Positions 46,602-57,196 of a stretch of 64,000 bases of DNA are shown here, piece after piece. The position numbers were made by a program, and so were the translations under genes. The DNA is from Actinomycetota bacterium (lineage in GTDB: Bacteria > Actinomycetota > CADDZG01 > WHSQ01), in the NCBI GenBank assembly GCA_009379915.1, contig WHSV01000006.1, forward strand, positions 279 through 64,278. The letters are read 5' to 3'. The notes under the pieces were generated by a model, which worked only from the letters and a program-made list of their open reading frames with translations, was not told where the DNA came from and ran no database searches. Numbering within the stretch: the first letter of the stretch is position 1; each line of letters starts with the position of its first letter.

Positions 46602-48739
46602 GGGTCCCATCTCAGGATGCACAGATCCGCCCTCGCTCCCCCGAGTAACGTGTTGATCCGATCGACGGTCGTGATGGCCCCCCCGATGAGTGCCGGCACG
46701 CCGGATTCGTTGCGGACCTGCTCGCTGAGCACCGTCAGGTAGTAAGAGTCGAGATGCGGGGTAAAGCGAGGAGTCGTGAATCCCGCGGTTATCTCGACCA
46801 GAGCGCAGCCCTGCTCCCGCAACTCGGCCACGAGAGCGAGCGCGTCGTTCACCCTGGTTCCCCCGCGTTGCCAGTCGTCGGCACAGATCGAAGCCCCCAC
46901 CGGACCTCCGAACTCCGCGCGCACCACGGCGAAGACCTCGAGGGGGAAACGCATCCGTCCCTCGATGTCCCCTCCTAACTCGTCCGTCCTCGAGTTCGTT
47001 AGCGGCGAGAGAAATCCGCCCAGCAGGTAGCCCCGCGCCATCTCGACCAGGACCGCGTCGAAGCCCGCCCGGCCCGCATTGCGGGCGGCAGTCGCGAAGT
47101 CCTCGAGAATCTCGGCGCGGGTTCGGTCGTCGAGCGCAACGGGGGTGGCGTTGCGTCCATAGGCGATCGGAGACGCCGCGAGCAACGGCCACGAGTCCGA
47201 GTCGAGCGGGCGATCGAGGCCCGTGGACCTCGGTTTTGTCGCCCCGCGCGCTCCGGCGTGGTTGAGCCGCACCCCGGCGCGCCCACCGCGATCCAACAGC
47301 ACCTTGAAGCTCTCGACCTGGGCATCGTCGTAGAGACCCGCATCCCCTGGAGATATGCGTCCCCGAGCCGAGACCGCGACCTCATCGGTCAGCACCAGGC
47401 CGGCCGAGGCGCCCAAAGCCGAGGCGAGCATCTCCCGGTCGGATCCCGCGATGACTCCGTCGAGTGACGATCCGGCGGCCACGGGCGACAGCACCACCCT
47501 GTTGTCGAGCCGAACTCCCCCGAGGTCGAATGCTACGAGCGCCGGCGGCGGGGCGACGACCGCGCGGGCGCTCCCTCCTGAGCCTGCGGCGAACTTGCGA
47601 TCGACGTCCTGGATCAGGAACGGATCGCGTTGTCTCAGGTTTCCGTAGTCGATCCGGCCGCTGCGGGTCAGGAGGTGGAAGACGAATTGCTCGGGCTCGA
47701 GTTCCTGGTAGCGGCTCGTCGACTCGAAGTAGCTCTGCGACTGCTGAGCCGCCTCCTGGAATCGCTCGACGATGGGTTTGCGCTCCATCTGATAATCGGC
47801 AAGAGCGGTCCGGGCCGCCTCCGGGTCTCCTCCCGCGGCATCCCGTTCCTCGAACGCCTTGGCGAGCGAGATGGCGTCCTCCATCGCCAGCTTCGTCCCC
47901 GACCCGATCGAGAAGTGAGCGGTGTGCGCGGAGTCACCGAGCAGCGCGATGGGGACCAGACCCGGCGGCGTGTCGATCCACGTCTTCGTCTTGAGCGTCG
48001 GAAAGCTGATCCATTTGGACTGGTTGCTCATCAACGCGCTGCCGCGGAGATCCCCGGCGAAGAGGGTCTCGCAGTAGGCGATGCTCTCGGCTTCGGAGGC
48101 CTCGTGCAGTCCCGCGTTGCGCCAAGTCTCCTCGCTGCATTCGACGATGAACGTGCTGGTCGTTCCATCGAAGGGATAGGCGTGCACCTGGAACAGCCCA
48201 TCGTCGTTCGCATGGAAGATGAATGTGAAACTGTCAAGCGGAAGCGTCGTCCCGAACCAGATGTAACGGGCGCGGCCTTCCCGGACGCGCGGCTTGAAGA
48301 CCTCCGCTCGCGCCTCGCGCGTCGCGCTGTAGATGCCGTCGGCTGCGATCACCAGGTCGTGGTCCAAGTTCTCTGCGACGACCTCGGTCTCGAAGCGAAC
48401 GTCCACTCCGACCTCCGTGCACCGGTTCGTAAGGATGTCGAGCAGCTTGCGCCTCGAGATGCCCGAGAAAACCTGGCCCCCGGCACGCACCAGCGAATCC
48501 TTGTAACGAATGTCGATCGCGTCCCAGATGACGAAATGGTCGGTGATGTCGACGTAGCTCTTGTAGTCGGCTTCCCGGAAAGACGTCAGCGTCCGGTCCG
48601 AGAACACGACTCCCCAGCCGTAGGTCGCGCCGCGCGGATTCCTCTCGAACACAACCACCTCGAGCTCGGGAGACGATCGCTTCAGCAGGAGGCTCGCGTA
48701 CAGGCCCCCCGGCCCTCCCCCGATGGTTGCGATCCTCAC
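46598..48739 (-). CDS. fused FAD-dependent aromatic monooxygenase / old-yellow-enzyme flavin reductase (aryl-CoA hydroxylase type)
   Basis: ORF 46598..48814 trimmed to the GTG at 48739 (GTGA overlap). N-terminal part: IATIGGGPGGLYASL, DGIYSATR, LLGDSAHTAHFSIGSGTKLAMEDA. C-terminal part: GFDAVLVEMARGYLLGGFLSPLTNSRTDELGG. Confidence 0.8.
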   Translation of the reverse strand: MRIATIGGGPGGLYASLLLKRSSPELEVVVFERNPRGATYGWGVVFSDRTLTSFREADYKSYVDITDHFVIWDAIDIRYKDSLVRAGGQVFSGISRRKLLDILTNRCTEVGVDVRFETEVVAENLDHDLVIAADGIYSATREARAEVFKPRVREGRARYIWFGTTLPLDSFTFIFHANDDGLFQVHAYPFDGTTSTFIVECSEETWRNAGLHEASEAESIAYCETLFAGDLRGSALMSNQSKWISFPTLKTKTWIDTPPGLVPIALLGDSAHTAHFSIGSGTKLAMEDAISLAKAFEERDAAGGDPEAARTALADYQMERKPIVERFQEAAQQSQSYFESTSRYQELEPEQFVFHLLTRSGRIDYGNLRQRDPFLIQDVDRKFAAGSGGSARAVVAPPPALVAFDLGGVRLDNRVVLSPVAAGSSLDGVIAGSDREMLASALGASAGLVLTDEVAVSARGRISPGDAGLYDDAQVESFKVLLDRGGRAGVRLNHAGARGATKPRSTGLDRPLDSDSWPLLAASPIAYGRNATPVALDDRTRAEILEDFATAARNAGRAGFDAVLVEMARGYLLGGFLSPLTNSRTDELGGDIEGRMRFPLEVFAVVRAEFGGPVGASICADDWQRGGTRVNDALALVAELREQGCALVEITAGFTTPRFTPHLDSYYLTVLSEQVRNESGVPALIGGAITTVDRINTLLGGARADLCILRWDP

Positions 48740-49560
48740 GAGCTCATCACGGTTGCGAGCCGGTCGTGCTGCTCGAGCTCCGCGACCGCGGGGAGGAGCA
48801 CGAGGTGATCGCACCCCGCCTCTGCATAACCGCGCACGAACTGGGCGATGCTCTGCGGGGTGGTCAGGAGACCCTCGGTGATCTTGGCCGCGAAGGGCCC
48901 GGTGAAGGCGTAGTAGTCCCTCATGTAGGAGCGACCGCGCTCGATCGTCGCATCGTCACCGAGCGCGAAGTAAGCCTGTGCCCAAAGCTTCGGCTTGCCC
49001 GGCCGGCCGGCTTCGATCCAAGCGGTCGTTGCGCGGTCCGCCGCACGCTGGAACGATCGCGGCGGTCCCCCACCGTGGACGTAACCATCCGCGTAGCGAG
49101 CCGCTCGCATCAAGGAGATATCGCTGCCTCCCCCGACCAGGAGGTGGGGGCCGCGCTCCAGCTCCTCGAAGCCGTCGCGAAGATCTGCAAGCTGCTCGTC
49201 GAGTCGGTGGCCGCGGCCCTCGTGGCGCTCGCCGAGCGCGTCGTAGTCGTCCGGGCGCGCCCCCACTGCAAGTCCGAGAGTCAGGCGGCCCCGCGAGATC
49301 CCCTGGATGGTGGCGGCCTCGCGGACGAAGATCGGCGTCCTTCTCAGGGGGCCGATCACCACCATCGTCACCAGGTCGATCCGGGTCGTGGTCGCGGCCA
49401 CCGCCGCCAGGAGGGACATCGGCTCGTGGCTGTCGTGGCGCATGCGGTCCACGACTCCGAGGCTGGCGAACGGACTCCCCTCTGCTCGCCGGGCCCAATC
49501 GAGCAACAGGCGCGCGTCGGTTCCCGGAACCGAGTTCGGGAGTCCTATCCCAACGTGCAA
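48736..49560 (-). CDS. luciferase-like (LLM class) oxidoreductase
   Basis: ORF 48736..49560. It has an LLM-type TIM-barrel pattern (VGIGLPNS..., LTLGLAVGARPDDY). GGAGGG lies 7 nt upstream of the TTG start. Confidence 0.75.
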   Translation of the reverse strand: MHVGIGLPNSVPGTDARLLLDWARRAEGSPFASLGVVDRMRHDSHEPMSLLAAVAATTTRIDLVTMVVIGPLRRTPIFVREAATIQGISRGRLTLGLAVGARPDDYDALGERHEGRGHRLDEQLADLRDGFEELERGPHLLVGGGSDISLMRAARYADGYVHGGGPPRSFQRAADRATTAWIEAGRPGKPKLWAQAYFALGDDATIERGRSYMRDYYAFTGPFAAKITEGLLTTPQSIAQFVRGYAEAGCDHLVLLPAVAELEQHDRLATVMSS

Positions 49561-49610
49561 GTCCCAACCCTCCCTGTACGTGCCTGCCTGGAGCCAAAAC
49601 CTACGTCAAG

Positions 49611-49616
49611 TACGCT
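49611..49616 (+). promoter_or_regulatory. -10 hexamer TACGCT, 7 nt before the GTG (leaderless-type)
   Basis: The context is aagTACGCTcagtgacGTG. Confidence 0.35.
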
Positions 49617-49623
49617 CAGTGAC

Positions 49624-50097
49624 GTGAGCGAACACGAGACACCCGCATCGATCCGCATCCAGCGACGCATTGAGTGGAGCGATACCGACGCGTCCGGTCA
49701 CTGGCACAACACGGCGGCCTTTCGAATGATCGAATGGGCCGAAACTGCCCTCTTCGAACGGCTCGGGTTCCTCGACGACGTCTACGGGCACCTTCCGCGC
49801 GTTCACATCTCGATCGACTTCACCGAATCGCTCGATCACCGTGACCTGGTCGACGTCAGACTCGCGATCGTCGACGTAGGCCGGACCTCGATCACCTACG
49901 ATTTCTCGATCGAACGAGACGGCCGGGAGTGCGTCAGAGCCAAGGTCGTGACCGCACTCCGAACACCCGACGACGCGAGCCGTGAATGGCCCGACGAGTA
50001 CAAGCGACTTCTTGTGACCGCCGGGCCACAGGCACCCGAGCTGCTTGTTGTCCCCGAACAGCCGGCCGAGGAACCGTTGAGGAGAGTCCGAACTTGA
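49624..50097 (+). CDS. acyl-CoA thioesterase (hotdog fold, 4HBT/YbgC-like)
   Basis: This is the 3' part of the 48727..50097 frame. It contains IRIQRRIEWSDTDASGHWHNTAAFRMIEWAE... and is 157 aa. Confidence 0.75.
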   Translation: MSEHETPASIRIQRRIEWSDTDASGHWHNTAAFRMIEWAETALFERLGFLDDVYGHLPRVHISIDFTESLDHRDLVDVRLAIVDVGRTSITYDFSIERDGRECVRAKVVTALRTPDDASREWPDEYKRLLVTAGPQAPELLVVPEQPAEEPLRRVRT

Positions 50098-51266
50098 GCG
50101 TCGACCCCGTCGACTTCCTGGGCATCGACCGGCTCCTCACCAACGAGGAGCGAATGATCCGCGACACGGCTCGCAAGTTCGTGCGGGACAGGATCCTGCC
50201 GGGCATCGAGAAATGGTTCGAGGCCGGCGAGTTCCCGCTCGAGATTGCCCCGGAGATCGGCGAACTCGGCCTTCTCGGTATGCACCTCGAGGGCTACGGG
50301 TGCGCGGGCACGAACGCGACCAGCTACGGGCTCGCATGTCTCGAACTGGAGGCGGGCGACAGCGGCTTCAGGAGCTTCGTATCGGTTCAGGGATCGCTTG
50401 TGATGTTCCCGATCCACGCCTATGGCTCCGACGAGCAGAAACAACAATGGCTCCCGCGCATGGCGGCGGGCGAGGCGATCGGCTGCTTCGGGCTCACGGA
50501 ACCCGACCGCGGAAGCGATCCCGCGAACATGCGGACCACCGCGAGGCGAGACGGCGACGACTGGATCCTCAACGGAAACAAGATGTGGATCACGAACGGG
50601 AGCATCGCCGACGTCGCGATCGTGTGGGCGCAGACCGACGAGGGCGTCCGCGGCTTCCTGGTTCCCAAGGGGACGAAGGGTTTCACCACGCGCGACATCC
50701 ATCGCAAGCTGAGTCTGCGGGCCAGCGTGACGAGCGAGCTGATCTTCGACGACGCCCGGCTACCGGGCGATGCGCTCCTGCCGGGGGTTCAGGGGATGAG
50801 GGGCCCTCTCTCGTGTCTCACCGAGGCTCGCTTCGGAATCATCTTCGGAGCCATGGGCGCGGCGAGAGCCTGCTACGAGTGCGCTCTCGAGTACTCGAAG
50901 ACGCGCGAACAGTTCGGGCAGCCCATTGGCGCCTTTCAGCTGACCCAGGAGAAGCTCGTCAACATGCTGCTCGAGCTCAACAAGGGCTCGCTTCTCGCGC
51001 TCCATCTCGGACGGATCAAAGACGAGGGCCTGATAACGCCGCAGCACGTCAGCCTCGGGAAGCTCAACAACGTGCGCGAGGCTCTTGCGATCGCTCGGGA
51101 GGCGCGCACGATCCTCGGCGCAAACGGCATAACGCTCGAGTATCCGGTCATCAGGCATTCGAACAATCTCGAGAGCGTGCTCACCTACGAGGGGACGAGC
51201 GAGATTCACACGCTCATCCTGGGCCAGGCGATAACAGGTCTCCCGGCCTTCGGAGGTAACGCTTGA
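50094..51266 (+). CDS. acyl-CoA dehydrogenase (glutaryl-CoA dehydrogenase-like)
   Basis: ORF 49986..51266 trimmed to the TTG at 50094 (TTGA overlap). It contains GCFGLTEPDRGSDPANM and YEGTSEIHTLILG. Confidence 0.88.
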   Translation: MSVDPVDFLGIDRLLTNEERMIRDTARKFVRDRILPGIEKWFEAGEFPLEIAPEIGELGLLGMHLEGYGCAGTNATSYGLACLELEAGDSGFRSFVSVQGSLVMFPIHAYGSDEQKQQWLPRMAAGEAIGCFGLTEPDRGSDPANMRTTARRDGDDWILNGNKMWITNGSIADVAIVWAQTDEGVRGFLVPKGTKGFTTRDIHRKLSLRASVTSELIFDDARLPGDALLPGVQGMRGPLSCLTEARFGIIFGAMGAARACYECALEYSKTREQFGQPIGAFQLTQEKLVNMLLELNKGSLLALHLGRIKDEGLITPQHVSLGKLNNVREALAIAREARTILGANGITLEYPVIRHSNNLESVLTYEGTSEIHTLILGQAITGLPAFGGNA

Positions 51267-52093
51267 GCCCCTTCCGGGCGTCGGCGCCCTTCACCGAGAA
51301 CTGGAAGCACTTCGACTTCGCCCTCGACGACAGCGGCATCGCAACGGTCACCTTCACGCGCCCCGACAAACTGAACGCGCTGACCTTCGACAGTTACGCC
51401 GATCTCAGGGATCTTCTCGCCGAACTTCCGAATCGCGACGACGTGAAGGTGCTCGTCATAACGGGGACGGGGCGCGGGTTCTCCTCGGGTGGCGACGTCA
51501 ACGAGATCATCGGGGCCCTGCTCGAGCTTGACTCGCGCGCATTGCTCGACTTCACGCGCATGACCGGCCAGGTCGTGCAGAGGATGCGGGAACTGCCCCT
51601 GCCGATCATCGCGGCGATCAACGGGATCGCCGCCGGTGCCGGCTCGGTCATCGCTCTGGCCGCCGACCTGCGCATTCTCGCTCGCTCGGCCTCGTACTCG
51701 TTCCTGTTCACGAAGGTCGGCCTCGCGGGTGCGGACATGGGCTCCGCGTATCTCCTTCCGCGGCTGGTCGGCCTTGGGCGGGCGACCGAACTGTTGCTGC
51801 TCGGCGACAAGGTAGACGCCGACGCGGCCGAACGAATCGGGATCGCGAATCGGGTGGTCGAAGACGAGGATCTTCCCTCGGTGACGAGCGAGCTGGCTCG
51901 GCGACTCGCGAGCGGACCGACCTTCGCTTACGGAGCGACGAAAATGCTGTTGACTCGGGAGCTCGACATGGATCTGGGAGGCTCGCTCGAGCTCGAGGCC
52001 ATGACGCAGGCGCTGCTGATGACGGCTGAGGACCACAAGGAGTTCTACGCCGCGTTTAAGGAGGGACGGAACCCGGTATGGACGGGTCGATAG
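51263..52093 (+). CDS. enoyl-CoA hydratase/isomerase family protein
   Basis: ORF 51263..52093. It contains ITGTGRGFSSGGDV and AAINGIAAGAGSVIALAAD. The start forms a TTGA overlap. Confidence 0.88.
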   Translation: MSPFRASAPFTENWKHFDFALDDSGIATVTFTRPDKLNALTFDSYADLRDLLAELPNRDDVKVLVITGTGRGFSSGGDVNEIIGALLELDSRALLDFTRMTGQVVQRMRELPLPIIAAINGIAAGAGSVIALAADLRILARSASYSFLFTKVGLAGADMGSAYLLPRLVGLGRATELLLLGDKVDADAAERIGIANRVVEDEDLPSVTSELARRLASGPTFAYGATKMLLTRELDMDLGGSLELEAMTQALLMTAEDHKEFYAAFKEGRNPVWTGR

Positions 52094-52124
52094 GCGGATC
52101 GCTCCCTCATCCTCAAAGGACGCC

Positions 52125-52574
52125 ATGACCTCTGCTCACAAGCTCATAAATCCATCGACGCTCGCTCCTCCGCTCGGTTTCAGTCACGCCGCCGTCGCGG
52201 CCGAGGGCAAGACGGTCTACCTCGGGGGCCAGACGGCTCACGGGCCGACGGGAATCCTGCAGGGAGGCGACATCGTCGAGCAGTTCGACGCCGCCGCGGC
52301 AAACGTCGTGACCGCGCTGAAGGGGGTTGGGGGGCAACCGGAAGACCTCGTCTCGATGCAGATCTTCGTGACCGACGCCGACGCCTACAGGGGGGGCACG
52401 CACGAGCTGCGTGACGTCTACCGCAAGCACTTCGGCCGTCACTACCCCGCTCTGGCCCTGTTCGAGGTCGTCGGCCTCTACGACCCCGACGCCTACGTCG
52501 AGCTGATGTGCATAGCTGTGATCCCGGACACGAAACCCGACTACGAACCCCTGCCGCTGAACGGCAACCCCTGA
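52125..52574 (+). CDS. RidA family protein (enamine/imine deaminase-like)
   Basis: ORF 52125..52574, with a YjgF/RidA-like pattern (GFSHAAVA...VYLGGQTA..., PALALFEV). Confidence 0.8.
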   Translation: MTSAHKLINPSTLAPPLGFSHAAVAAEGKTVYLGGQTAHGPTGILQGGDIVEQFDAAAANVVTALKGVGGQPEDLVSMQIFVTDADAYRGGTHELRDVYRKHFGRHYPALALFEVVGLYDPDAYVELMCIAVIPDTKPDYEPLPLNGNP

Positions 52575-52619
52575 GCGAGCGTTCTCGGCCAACTTTCGCG
52601 TGCCGTGTTCGCTATGCGA

Positions 52620-53582
52620 TCAATTCGATACAAACAACGGCTCAATGCCAAGTGCGCAGCGGATCTGGTCCAGCACGTATTCCGGTCGTTCCACGAGGTC
52701 GAACCAGCTAAACCTCAACACCGTCCATCCCTTGAGGTTTAAGAAGTTATCGCGTTCGGCGTCCTTGACCCGTGCCCGCCGTCCTGCATGCCAGCGCGTG
52801 CCGTCGACCTCGATGACCACTCGCTGCTCAGGATACACAAAGTCGACGCGTGCCACGAGATTGCCATCCTCGCGGAATCGGTGTTGAGCGAGAGCCACCG
52901 GGAGTCTCCCCGAACGGAGAAGTCGTACGAGCTTGGTTTCGAGAATCGTCGTTGGAACCATCGCTCCATCTCCCCGGACCTCGAGGAGGCGGCGGAGGGC
53001 AGCCGTGCCCGGTTTTCCTCTGACACCGAGCTGATCCAGACGCCATCTGAGCCGAGGCAGCCGGACCTTGTGAGTGCAAAGAGCGTCGTCAAGAGCGATC
53101 TCAAGAGTTTCCTCATCAACGACCGCGGCGAGATCCAGCAGAGTCCTGGCCGGGGCCGTAACGGGGATGCCGCGGATGACCTCCACATCGCAGATCGGCA
53201 TTTCGCCGACGAAATGCACCAGATAACCTCGAGCAGATCCCATACGCCGAGTTGCAAGGAACTCCAGGCGGTCCTTTGGGCACCCCGTGAAGCCATGGTG
53301 GGCGGCGGCCGATCGATGTGACAGCCATACGTTTCCGGGGTTTCTCAAGCACCCGGCCAGAGCCTGCATCTCCCATGTGATGGGAGCGGAAGTCGATCTC
53401 AAGACCCCTGGAAGGAAGCGTTCCAATCGCCCCGAGGCTACGAGTCTCTGGATTCTTGAGTCCGTGAATCCAATCTTTCGAAGTTGATTCCTCGTTGCCA
53501 GTCCGTAGTTGCTTGCCAGTAGATGAGCGAACTGACTCTCTTGGCGTTCTTTGAATGGATTTGATCGCATAGCGATCAGCAT
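52620..53582 (-). CDS. DUF559 endonuclease-domain protein with AbiEi-like N-terminal domain
   Basis: ORF 52620..53582. N-terminus: LATRNQLRKIGFTDSRIQRLVASGRLERFLPGV. C-terminus: VVIEVDGTRWHAGRRARVKDAERDNFLNLKGWTVLRF. Confidence 0.8.
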   Translation of the reverse strand: MLIAMRSNPFKERQESQFAHLLASNYGLATRNQLRKIGFTDSRIQRLVASGRLERFLPGVLRSTSAPITWEMQALAGCLRNPGNVWLSHRSAAAHHGFTGCPKDRLEFLATRRMGSARGYLVHFVGEMPICDVEVIRGIPVTAPARTLLDLAAVVDEETLEIALDDALCTHKVRLPRLRWRLDQLGVRGKPGTAALRRLLEVRGDGAMVPTTILETKLVRLLRSGRLPVALAQHRFREDGNLVARVDFVYPEQRVVIEVDGTRWHAGRRARVKDAERDNFLNLKGWTVLRFSWFDLVERPEYVLDQIRCALGIEPLFVSN

Positions 53583-53604
53583 GCGCGAAGGAACGAGCTT
53601 GGGC

Positions 53605-53620
53605 TGTGACGTGGGTCACA
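53605..53620. promoter_or_regulatory. CRP/GlxR-type palindrome TGTGA-N6-TCACA
   Basis: TGTGACGTGGGTCACA lies 23 nt upstream of the DUF559 ATG and 41 nt after the ACAD stop. Confidence 0.45.
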
Positions 53621-53660
53621 CCCTCGCCACATTCTGCAGAATTGGCTGCGGGTCCGAGGG

Positions 53661-54800
<1,140 letters not shown>

Positions 54801-54806
54801 CGGCAC

Positions 54807-54812
54807 AGATTA
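54807..54812 (-). promoter_or_regulatory. -10 hexamer TAATCT, 6 nt before ATG 54800 (leaderless-type)
   Basis: The minus strand reads gacgTAATCTgtgccgATG. Confidence 0.35.
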
Positions 54813-54899
54813 CGTCCCATGGACCGGGCCCAACTGTCCCTTCCACCGACGTACTACCCTGAACCAATCGAGCCGACGATCCTCCAAAGGGGTGGGGCC

Positions 54900-56258
54900 A
54901 TGCCGGATTCGCCGTTCTGGAACAAGCGCCACGAAACCATGCCGCGCGACGAACTCGAGGCGCTGCAGGTCCACAAGCTCCGCCATCTCGTCGAATGGGC
55001 AAACGAACGAGTCCCTTATCATGCGAAGCGCCTCTCCGACGCCGGCGTCACGGCGGATTCCATCCAATCGCTCGACGATCTCCGGCGGCTCCCCTTCATG
55101 ACCCGCGAGGAATGGATGCGCTCCCAGGTGGAGCATCCGCCTTTCGGCCCCATCCTCGCCGCACCTGAAAACGACGCCATTCGCTACCACATGACCTCCG
55201 GCACGACCGGTCGCACTCCGATCCGGGTGCTCGACTCCATGAAGGACTGGGAGTGGATCGCCGAGATGTGGTGCTACGGCTTCTGGGGGTTCGGTGTCCG
55301 GCCCTCGGACACCGTTTTCTTTGCCTTCAGCTACGGAACCTTCGTCGGTTTCTGGGGAGCTCACTACGCGTGCGAGAAGATCGGCTGCCTCGTTCTCCCC
55401 GGCGGGAACATGACCACCGAGGCCCGCGTCAAGCAGATCGTCGATATGAAGGCGACGGTGGTGTGCTCGACGCCGACCTACGCCCTGCGAATGGCGCAGG
55501 AGGCGCACAAGCTCGGGATCGACCTCGCGAACGGACCCGTAAAGCGACTCATCCTCTCCGGCGAGCCCGCCGGCTCGATTCCTGCGACCAAGAAACTCAT
55601 CGAGGATCAGTGGGGAGCGGTCGCGGGTGACACCGCGGGCATGACCGAACTCGGAACCATCATGGTGTTCGAGTGCTCCGAGCAGCCGGGCGGCACCCAC
55701 ATAATCGAGCCCCACTTCATCGAGGAGGTCGTCGATCCCGTCTCCGCCGAACCGGTCGGCTACGGCGAACAGGGCGAGCGAGTCGTGACCTCGTTCGGGC
55801 GAGGCTTCATCCCCGTGCTCCGCTATCGCACGCGCGACCTCGTCGTCAAGGTCCCGGCCGACCGGTGTTCCTGTGGACGCACGCTGGACATCTACGAGGG
55901 CGGGATCGTCGGCCGGGTCGACGACATGAAGCTGGTGCGCGGGACGAACGTCTACCCGCGCGCGGTCGAGGCGATCGTGCGGGAGTTCACCGAGGTCGAC
56001 GAGTTCCAGATCCACCTCTACACCGCCGAGGGAATCCGCGACGAGATCGAGGTGCTCGTCGAGATCCCCGACGCCGATGCGGACGCAAATTCCATCCTCG
56101 AGAAGATCGGCTCGGAGCTGTCGGAGGCCCACGAGGGTCTGCGCTTTGGCGTGCGAAAGGTCGACAACGACTCGCTGCCGCGCTTCGAGCTGAAGGCCAA
56201 GCGTCTGAACGACGAGCGCGAAGTGGTCGGTGGTGCCGGCGAGAGAAAGAAGGCCTAG
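54900..56258 (+). CDS. phenylacetate--CoA ligase family (PaaK-like) aryl-CoA ligase
   Basis: The 53760..56258 frame was trimmed to MPDSPFWNKRHETMPRDELEALQ (ATG 54900). It contains YHMTSGTTGRTP. Confidence 0.85.
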   Translation: MPDSPFWNKRHETMPRDELEALQVHKLRHLVEWANERVPYHAKRLSDAGVTADSIQSLDDLRRLPFMTREEWMRSQVEHPPFGPILAAPENDAIRYHMTSGTTGRTPIRVLDSMKDWEWIAEMWCYGFWGFGVRPSDTVFFAFSYGTFVGFWGAHYACEKIGCLVLPGGNMTTEARVKQIVDMKATVVCSTPTYALRMAQEAHKLGIDLANGPVKRLILSGEPAGSIPATKKLIEDQWGAVAGDTAGMTELGTIMVFECSEQPGGTHIIEPHFIEEVVDPVSAEPVGYGEQGERVVTSFGRGFIPVLRYRTRDLVVKVPADRCSCGRTLDIYEGGIVGRVDDMKLVRGTNVYPRAVEAIVREFTEVDEFQIHLYTAEGIRDEIEVLVEIPDADADANSILEKIGSELSEAHEGLRFGVRKVDNDSLPRFELKAKRLNDEREVVGGAGERKKA

Positions 56259-56474
56259 ATGCCCAAAACGTGGATCGATCCACCCAAGGTTCTGAACGAT
56301 GCCGAACTCAAGCTGGTCGACGTCTACAACACTCTGGTTAAGACGCTCGACGAATCGGGCGACGATCTCGAGCCGTTCGAGCGACGCAACGCGCTGAAGG
56401 CGGTCGCGGCGCTGTGGCAGGTCATGAACGGGCTCGACCTCGATCCCGGCCATCTCTACGACATCGGCGCATGA
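56259..56474 (+). CDS. small hypothetical protein coupled to the CoA ligase
   Basis: ORF 56259..56474 (71 aa). The ATG directly follows the ligase TAG, and the stop overlaps the next start as ATGA. I recognise no motif. Confidence 0.5.
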   Translation: MPKTWIDPPKVLNDAELKLVDVYNTLVKTLDESGDDLEPFERRNALKAVAALWQVMNGLDLDPGHLYDIGA

Positions 56475-57196
56475 CGCTGTCGCACGAGCGGTATCTCGAG
56501 GCCATCGAGAAGGAATCAGCGGCTCTGGCCGCCTCGGCGCGAGGGAATCTCGAGGTGGACGTGCCGTCCTGTCCCGACTGGTCCATGCAAGACCTGGTCG
56601 GTCACATCGGACGGGTGCAGCGATTCTGGGGCGAGATGGCCGAGCGTGCCTTCGAAGATCCGTCCGACACTCAGAATCACAGTCCGCCCGAGGATGTCGA
56701 CGTGGTCGAGTGGTTCGAGGAGTCGACCAGGAACCTACTGAGCGCTCTCGACGGCAGCGACCTCGACCGCCCGATGTGGTCGTGGTCGCGCGTCAAGACC
56801 GTCTCGTTCGTCCCCCGTCGCATGGCTCAGGAGACGGCGGTGCACCGCTGGGATGCACAAAACGCCATCGGCGATCCCGCAGACATCGACGGCGACCTGG
56901 CGGTCGACGGGATCGACGAGCTTTTGTTCGTGTTCTTGGCAGTGGAGGCCCCCCTAAAGGAGCCGCCGGGATCGAGCGTCCACATCCACACCACCGACGC
57001 GGACGGTGAGTGGTTGGCGGTGCTCGACGAGGAGCCGGTAATCACCCGAGAGCATGCCAAGGGCGACGTGGCGCTACGGGGGCCCTCCTCCGACGTTCTG
57101 CTCTACCTTTGGGGACGCGTGGAGCCATCGTCGCTGGAGATTCACGGCGATCTGGCGACGCTCGATCACTTTCGCTCGATCTTCGACCTCGAGTGA
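56471..57196 (+). CDS. mycothiol-dependent maleylpyruvate isomerase family (DinB-fold) protein
   Basis: ORF 56414..57196 trimmed to [13 protein letters not shown] (ATG 56471). [19 protein letters not shown] is typical of the TIGR03083-like family. Confidence 0.7.
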   Translation: MTLSHERYLEAIEKESAALAASARGNLEVDVPSCPDWSMQDLVGHIGRVQRFWGEMAERAFEDPSDTQNHSPPEDVDVVEWFEESTRNLLSALDGSDLDRPMWSWSRVKTVSFVPRRMAQETAVHRWDAQNAIGDPADIDGDLAVDGIDELLFVFLAVEAPLKEPPGSSVHIHTTDADGEWLAVLDEEPVITREHAKGDVALRGPSSDVLLYLWGRVEPSSLEIHGDLATLDHFRSIFDLE

